A stretch of 64,000 nt of DNA, taken from UHGV virus genome UHGV-1363143. One strand, given 5' to 3'. Each line of letters opens with the position of its first letter. Positions within the stretch are counted from its first letter, which is position 1. Of the stretch, positions 58,932 through 64,000 are shown in pieces. Under the pieces are notes generated by a model. It had not been told where the DNA came from. It did no database searches and worked only from the letters and a program-made list of their open reading frames with translations. This DNA comes from a virus. Both the position numbers and the translations under genes were made by a program.

Positions 58932-59633
58932 TTATCTTAAATTATCTAAAAAGCTTTGATATGTTGGTGTATTGTATGATTGCACTAAAATATTATTATC
59001 AAACGAAGAACCTTCCATTAATTCTAAAAGTTCTTTATATGAAAATGGACTAGAATTACTTCCAATGTACCCATCATTATTATTTGTCATTGATAAAAAC
59101 ATTTCAGGAATCATTACTATATTGCTTAAATCATTTAATTCAAAATCACTTAATGTATTCCCTCCAAGGCATACACTTTTTGTATCGAATACATTACTGT
59201 AAGGGTATCTATATATAGGCATGTCCATAGTTATAGGACCATTTTGCACACATCCTATTCTTAACGAAACGCATTTATTATTACATACTTTAATAGCATA
59301 TAAAGTTCTAGGCATAGCTACTTTCTTGTATACTTTTTTCGCAAGTTTCATATCTGCAGGAACTTGTTCTCTCAATAAAACATACCATTTAGATTTACTA
59401 GAGAATATTTCTTTGACTTGAATTGTAGATATCATATGATCTCCTGGTAGTATATCTGATACTTGAACGTTAGCTGATGAGTTATCAAAATTATCTTCTG
59501 TAGTGGAACAATTTAATAGTGATAATAAAGTTTCAAAACTTATATTTTTATTTGTCTTAACTCCATTTTCATTTTCAACAATAACTTTACAGTAATTACT
59601 ATCATTCAATTCTATGATTGTTCTCTCGCTCAT
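58932..59633 (-). CDS. candidate E2-like (UBC-like) protein
   Basis: YPYSNVFDTKSVCLGG resembles the HPN...G.ICL E2 active-site segment. Confidence 0.3.
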   Translation of the reverse strand: MSERTIIELNDSNYCKVIVENENGVKTNKNISFETLLSLLNCSTTEDNFDNSSANVQVSDILPGDHMISTIQVKEIFSSKSKWYVLLREQVPADMKLAKKVYKKVAMPRTLYAIKVCNNKCVSLRIGCVQNGPITMDMPIYRYPYSNVFDTKSVCLGGNTLSDFELNDLSNIVMIPEMFLSMTNNNDGYIGSNSSPFSYKELLELMEGSSFDNNILVQSYNTPTYQSFLDNLR

Positions 59634-60238
59634 TAAGCTACCTCCTTTTCATTTAAAGTTTGTACATTTAATTGTTTTTCATAAAATTCTACTTTTTCCC
59701 TAATCTCTTCTAAAAAGATACAATATGTTTCAAAAAACATATCTATCATAAAATATTCTTCTGGAACAATTATATAAATATAATCATTAAAAATAATCTG
59801 TACATCTGTTACTGTGCTTTCTTCACACATACAGCAATTTTCTGTAAATAATTGAATAAATTTATTTATAAAATCATTGTTATTTAACTTATACTTTATA
59901 AGTTTATCAATATCAGGATTTTCTATTTTCACGGTTAATCCATTTATACAGTCTTTATCATAAGTAGAATATGGTATCTTACCACCTATAGAAATCAATT
60001 CATCTTTCATATACTCATTAGTGCCACAGTAACCAGTTCCTATTGAAGTACCCAAAAGTCCTCCAAGGAATTCTACTTGATCTATGCCTCCATATCCATC
60101 TTCATCAGCCCTTGTATCTATTGTTATATAAGTGCCTTCTTCGTAGATATATCCTAATTTTTTTATTCTCATGCAATTACCTAACATAACTAATTTCCCA
60201 AATAATCTATCTATTTCATCTTCATTAATATCAATCAT
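59633..60238 (-). CDS. hypothetical protein (no His residues; CCMCEE cluster)
   Basis: ORF. Confidence 0.45.
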   Translation of the reverse strand: MIDINEDEIDRLFGKLVMLGNCMRIKKLGYIYEEGTYITIDTRADEDGYGGIDQVEFLGGLLGTSIGTGYCGTNEYMKDELISIGGKIPYSTYDKDCINGLTVKIENPDIDKLIKYKLNNNDFINKFIQLFTENCCMCEESTVTDVQIIFNDYIYIIVPEEYFMIDMFFETYCIFLEEIREKVEFYEKQLNVQTLNEKEVA

Positions 60239-60247
60239 GATTCCCTC

Positions 60248-60547
60248 CTAAAATAAATCAGCTTGTAATGCCTTTTTTTGTGTTTTAGTAGATCTAGCTA
60301 ACCCATTCATTTTTGATGTAGCTGCCATTGAATGTAATAATATTGGATCATTTGTAACCATATCTATTGCCTTATCTAATGTTTCGTCTGTTAAGTTCAT
60401 TATTGTGGCTGCTTCGCAGTCTATGTAATCTGATATTATTGAAATAAGTTCATGTGCTTTTATTTCAACATCAGTTAAAACTTTTTCTTGTTTTATGTTC
60501 TTAATTGAATCATTAAATTTATCAATATTAAATTCTAGTTTTATCAT
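60248..60547 (-). CDS. hypothetical protein
   Basis: ORF. Confidence 0.4.
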   Translation of the reverse strand: MIKLEFNIDKFNDSIKNIKQEKVLTDVEIKAHELISIISDYIDCEAATIMNLTDETLDKAIDMVTNDPILLHSMAATSKMNGLARSTKTQKKALQADLF

Positions 60548-60577
60548 ACTTACCTCCTTAAAACAAAAAGAGCAAGC

Positions 60578-60871
60578 CTAAGCTTGCTCCTTCTTATTTA
60601 CATAAAGATCTAATACTAATTCATTTTTCTTATTCCTAGAAACTAATATAGTTGCCTTTTCTGTTTTTGTAGGTTTATAATCATCCTCATATTTTGTTAT
60701 AAATATTACTTCAGCCCCTTTTTCATTATCTATAATATTAGCTAGAGGCTGAAAGTCAATCTTGCCAAGGTCAAAGTCAAATGATGCTATAACTTCATCA
60801 TTGACTTTAATCTCTTCGACATAATGAGTCTTATTTTTAAGCCTAATCAAAGTTACAACTATATTATCCAT
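60578..60871 (-). CDS. hypothetical protein
   Basis: ORF. Confidence 0.4.
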   Translation of the reverse strand: MDNIVVTLIRLKNKTHYVEEIKVNDEVIASFDFDLGKIDFQPLANIIDNEKGAEVIFITKYEDDYKPTKTEKATILVSRNKKNELVLDLYVNKKEQA

Positions 60872-62762
60872 TTATGATTTCCTTTAACTCATCTAATGAA
60901 TTGATTATAGGAGTACCTAAATCTGTAGCTTTGGTGTACTTAGTAGTACCTTCCTCACCAGGACTAGCTAATAAATAACTTGTCTTAGAAGAGACAGAGC
61001 CACTAGTCTTATGTCCAGCATCCTTAATCATTTGTTCGATTTCTTTTCTAGGAATATCAAATGAACCTGTAATAACAAATGTCTTAATATCTGAATTAGA
61101 AATTTTTTTAGCTACTGTAGTTACATCTAAAGGTCTTACTCCAGCATCCCATAGCATTCCAAATCTTTCTGCTCCATATTTATTAAGATTCTCTATCATT
61201 TTAGGTCCTATTTTTTCAATAGAAGCTATAGTTTTATAACCCGTCTTTACTTCATTTATTAAATTAGGCAAAGTACGAATAGTATTAGCTATATCTTCGC
61301 TAGCAGACTTTCCTATTAAAGGTATGTTAGCTGCTAAAATGAATCTCTTTAATTCAGTTTGTTTTGCTTTTTGAATACTGTTATATAATTTTTCAGCACT
61401 CTTTTCAGCAAACCCTGGTAGATTTAATATATCTTCTTTATGAAAATATAATGGCGTTGTGAAATCATACTCATATTCTTTTTCTTCACAATAATTCATT
61501 ATCTTTATAATAGTTTCTTTTGATAATCCAGTTATATTTAAAGCTTCTCTTGATGAAAGTTTGATTGTTTTACCTAATTCTTGAGCGTCACATTCTTCCC
61601 CAGTGCAATATAATATATTATTTTTAAATTCTGTAGGGGCTCCACATACTGGACACTTCTTAGGAGGTATTATTGGAAAAGTATCTCTAGTTACCTTAGG
61701 TTCACCTTTTATTATTTTAGGTATAACATCATTAGCTTTAACTACAAATACTCTCTCATTAATTCTGATATTAAGGGCGTTAATAATGCTAATATTGTGT
61801 AATGTAGCTCTATTAATTGTAGATCCTAATATTCTAATTGGTTCAATTTCTCCAACGGGTGCAATTATACCAGTTTTCCCTACTTGCCAAGTAACAGATT
61901 TAAGCGTAGTCCATTCACCTTGGGCTTCAAACTTAACAGCTATCGCACCATTAGGATGATGTCTAGTAAATCCAAATTTCTTACTTCCATCATGCTTTAT
62001 GACTAACCCATCAATATCATAATCTAAAGAATCCCTATATTTATCTTCATAAGTTAATATATAATCTAATGCTTCTTCTTCAGTCTCTGGCTTAAAATTA
62101 TCTACAGTATTCCAGCCTAACATTTGTAAAGACATAATTTGATTACTTGAATCATTTGATTCTTCAGTTCTAATCATATTGTAAGCAAAAGCTTTTAATC
62201 CTTTTACTTTATTAATATCAAGTTGTCTAAGCATACCAGCTGCAGCATTACGAGTATTATCAAATGGTTTTTCTCCATTTTTTATTTTTTCTTCATTTAA
62301 CTTATTAAATTCAGATTTTAACATTACAACTTCTGATCTTATAGGAACTTGAACATTACTAAATTCGCCTATTCCATCGACATTCGTTACTTTTAATGTA
62401 ACTACTTCACCAATTTCTCCGTTTCCTCTAGTCACATGTTCTCCACTTGGATATGATACTAAAGTTAATCCATCCATTTTAGGCTGTATAGTAACAGGCC
62501 ATAACCTATGGATATGAGATTTTAATTCATCAATCTTTGTAATTTGGCACTTATCTAATGAAGATATATTTGTTGTATGTTGATATTTAACGCTAGTTTC
62601 ACTAGCTTCTCCTGGCACATAATCATATTCTTCAAGACCAGTTAATTCTAAGTATCTTGCTTTAAGTGCATCATATTCAAAATCTGATATCTCAGGAGAA
62701 TCTTGATTATAATATAAGTTATCATGATAATCTAATAACTTTTTTATTTCATTGGCATTCAT
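60864..62762 (-). CDS. ligA: NAD+-dependent DNA ligase (LigA)
   Basis: KMDGLTL (KxDG adenylation motif), a Cys4 zinc finger CPVCG...CTGEEC, and a C-terminal BRCT-like domain. Confidence 0.85.
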   Translation of the reverse strand: MNANEIKKLLDYHDNLYYNQDSPEISDFEYDALKARYLELTGLEEYDYVPGEASETSVKYQHTTNISSLDKCQITKIDELKSHIHRLWPVTIQPKMDGLTLVSYPSGEHVTRGNGEIGEVVTLKVTNVDGIGEFSNVQVPIRSEVVMLKSEFNKLNEEKIKNGEKPFDNTRNAAAGMLRQLDINKVKGLKAFAYNMIRTEESNDSSNQIMSLQMLGWNTVDNFKPETEEEALDYILTYEDKYRDSLDYDIDGLVIKHDGSKKFGFTRHHPNGAIAVKFEAQGEWTTLKSVTWQVGKTGIIAPVGEIEPIRILGSTINRATLHNISIINALNIRINERVFVVKANDVIPKIIKGEPKVTRDTFPIIPPKKCPVCGAPTEFKNNILYCTGEECDAQELGKTIKLSSREALNITGLSKETIIKIMNYCEEKEYEYDFTTPLYFHKEDILNLPGFAEKSAEKLYNSIQKAKQTELKRFILAANIPLIGKSASEDIANTIRTLPNLINEVKTGYKTIASIEKIGPKMIENLNKYGAERFGMLWDAGVRPLDVTTVAKKISNSDIKTFVITGSFDIPRKEIEQMIKDAGHKTSGSVSSKTSYLLASPGEEGTTKYTKATDLGTPIINSLDELKEIING

Positions 62763-62773
62763 TATTAGTCCTC

Positions 62774-63220
62774 CTATCTTACTGACACTGAACCACCAGC
62801 ATCTATGTCTCCTTTATGAGATCCACTTATAATTACTGAACCTCCACAGTCTATATTTCCTGTAACATCTCCTTTGGCTGTAACACTACCGCCACAATCA
62901 ATGTATCCTCCTAATTTGCCACCTATAGTTACACTACCACCGCAATCAATACCATTTATCACATCGCCTGTGACTTCTACTGAACCATTGCATTGAATAC
63001 TTTCTACATTACCTTCAATGATTACGTTTATGATTGTATTGCTGTTAATTCCATCAATATCATTGATTTCTTTTCCATCAACAATAATCTTACCATTACT
63101 AATGGATACATTATTGCCTGCAACACTAATTGTTTTGCCATTAATAGATACTTTATGCATATTTCCATTGCTAATAATACATTGACTATTTCCATTTATA
63201 AAATTCTTAAAAAAGCCCAT
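62774..63220 (-). CDS. bactofilin-like beta-helical repeat protein
   Basis: Repeated ...G.V.G.IDCGGSV... units (GGSVTIGGKLGGYIDCGGSVTAKGDVTGNIDCGGSVIISG). Confidence 0.55.
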   Translation of the reverse strand: MGFFKNFINGNSQCIISNGNMHKVSINGKTISVAGNNVSISNGKIIVDGKEINDIDGINSNTIINVIIEGNVESIQCNGSVEVTGDVINGIDCGGSVTIGGKLGGYIDCGGSVTAKGDVTGNIDCGGSVIISGSHKGDIDAGGSVSVR

Positions 63221-63468
63221 TAATTTTCTTTCCCTTCGAATATACTTTCTAGTCTAGGAACTGAATCTATCATTGCTTCTTCAAAATCAACTAAGTGTTC
63301 TAACTCTAGAGGGATTGAGCCACTTAATATAGTTCCAACTAAAGCAAAGAATTCATGTCCAAATTCTTCTGGATCTTGATCTGTATTGAAGTATAAATCA
63401 TAAAAAAGTTGAATTAATATTTCCTTTTCTTCAGCTGTTAAATCTGTATACACTGTTCTATTTCCCAT
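63220..63468 (-). CDS. hypothetical acidic small protein
   Basis: ORF. Confidence 0.4.
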   Translation of the reverse strand: MGNRTVYTDLTAEEKEILIQLFYDLYFNTDQDPEEFGHEFFALVGTILSGSIPLELEHLVDFEEAMIDSVPRLESIFEGKEN

Positions 63469-63479
63469 TGCTATTCCTC

Positions 63480-63698
63480 CTAATATTTATGTAAATCTGA
63501 ATTCATTATGTCACATAAATATATTTCTGAATTATTTTCTTTAAGGATTTCGCCATCTTTAATTATAGCTGCGCAATCATCAACTCTTTCAATATTATAA
63601 TTTGAATGACATTTATCTATTGCTTCACTTAAATTAGAAGCTTCAACTTCCATATCTATTGATTTTATAATCAATCCTTTTAATTGATATTTAGGCAT
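63480..63698 (-). CDS. hypothetical small protein
   Basis: ORF. Confidence 0.4.
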   Translation of the reverse strand: MPKYQLKGLIIKSIDMEVEASNLSEAIDKCHSNYNIERVDDCAAIIKDGEILKENNSEIYLCDIMNSDLHKY

Positions 63699-63844
63699 TA
63701 TTCATCTTCCTCCTCTAATTCCTCTCTACATTGAGTAAAGTATTCTGTAACTAGATCATCTATCTTTGTTAATATATCTCTATCCTTTGAACCAGAAGAT
63801 ATTAATAATTCATTAATTTGTGATAATACGTCATGTGGATCCAT
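63698..63844 (-). CDS. small acidic protein (48 aa, not in ORF track)
   Basis: MDPHDVLSQINELLISSGSKDRDILTKIDDLVTEYFTQCREELEEEDE. Its stop overlaps the downstream start (TAATG). Confidence 0.3.
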   Translation of the reverse strand: MDPHDVLSQINELLISSGSKDRDILTKIDDLVTEYFTQCREELEEEDE

Positions 63845-63846
63845 TT

Positions 63847-64000
63847 ATTTCACCTCATATTTTCCTATAGTTATTTCGACTAAATCATATTCATCTTGCA
63901 AAATATAACTATATATTTTTTCATTTGCATTTAATTTTTCTTCATCTTTATATTCAGATTGTCCAAATTCTTTTTGAGCTTTGTCTCTAATTTCTATTGC
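63847..64000 (-). CDS. hypothetical protein, 5' end beyond the window (3' partial in view)
   Basis: The open minus-strand frame runs to the window edge. Confidence 0.35.

Overview
This is about 64 kb of visibly AT-rich DNA (roughly 70% A+T by eye, not computed) with tight, operon-like gene packing, and it is most simply read as part of a large tailed phage or prophage of a low-GC Firmicute. All calls below rest on motifs read directly from the translated ORFs. The window falls into three blocks.

Block 1 (1-13.8 kb, + strand) is a late tail, tail-fibre or baseplate module. It has an FN3-repeat fibre protein that is truncated at its 5' end by the window edge, 1031-aa and 667-aa structural proteins, a fibre protein built of 22-aa tandem repeats, and several acidic or coiled-coil hypotheticals. 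It ends in a bidirectional terminator.

Block 2 (13.8-31.3 kb, + strand) is a replication and early module. It opens with a ribbon-helix-helix (RHH) repressor-like gene transcribed divergently from a near-consensus sigma-A promoter. That promoter carries a 35-nt promoter/operator motif (29 of 35 positions identical) that recurs at 22.4 kb. Within this block:
- Replication proteins are an AEP primase-polymerase, a DnaB-like helicase, a Cas4-like Fe-S nuclease, a DUF1064 protein, a RecJ-like DHH exonuclease and a DnaE-type Pol III alpha.
- Regulatory and accessory proteins are a lambda-type phosphatase, a sigma-70-family sigma factor and an HExxH peptidase-like protein.
- At the distal end sit a collagen-like fibre protein and a free-standing GIY-YIG homing endonuclease.

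Block 3 (31.3-64 kb, - strand) converges on block 2 at a bidirectional terminator and contains:
- a cluster of small Cys-rich or zinc-ribbon proteins and a Bro-N/KilAC antirepressor;
- the RNA ligase RtcB and, about 6 kb away, an RlaP-like nucleotidyltransferase, which suggests an RNA-repair function;
- a 1034-aa peptidoglycan hydrolase with three domains (amidase, NlpC/P60 and SLT);
- a tyrosine integrase next to an AT-rich repeat region and a GC-rich structured island;
- a degenerate N6-methyltransferase fragment;
- a nucleotide and folate set (dCMP deaminase, DHFR, ThyA, FolD);
- an SNF2/DEAH helicase, a LemA pair and a second DnaE-type polymerase;
- a holin-like protein, an NAD-dependent DNA ligase and a bactofilin-like beta-helix protein.

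The most unusual element is a three-gene cassette at 57.5-59.6 kb that looks like a ubiquitin-like conjugation module. A ThiF/MoeB-type E1 gene is translationally coupled to an upstream protein whose C-terminal ~70 aa resemble a ubiquitin beta-grasp ending in Gly. Upstream of that is an E2-like protein with a YPYSN...C motif.

No rRNA, tRNA or CRISPR array was found.
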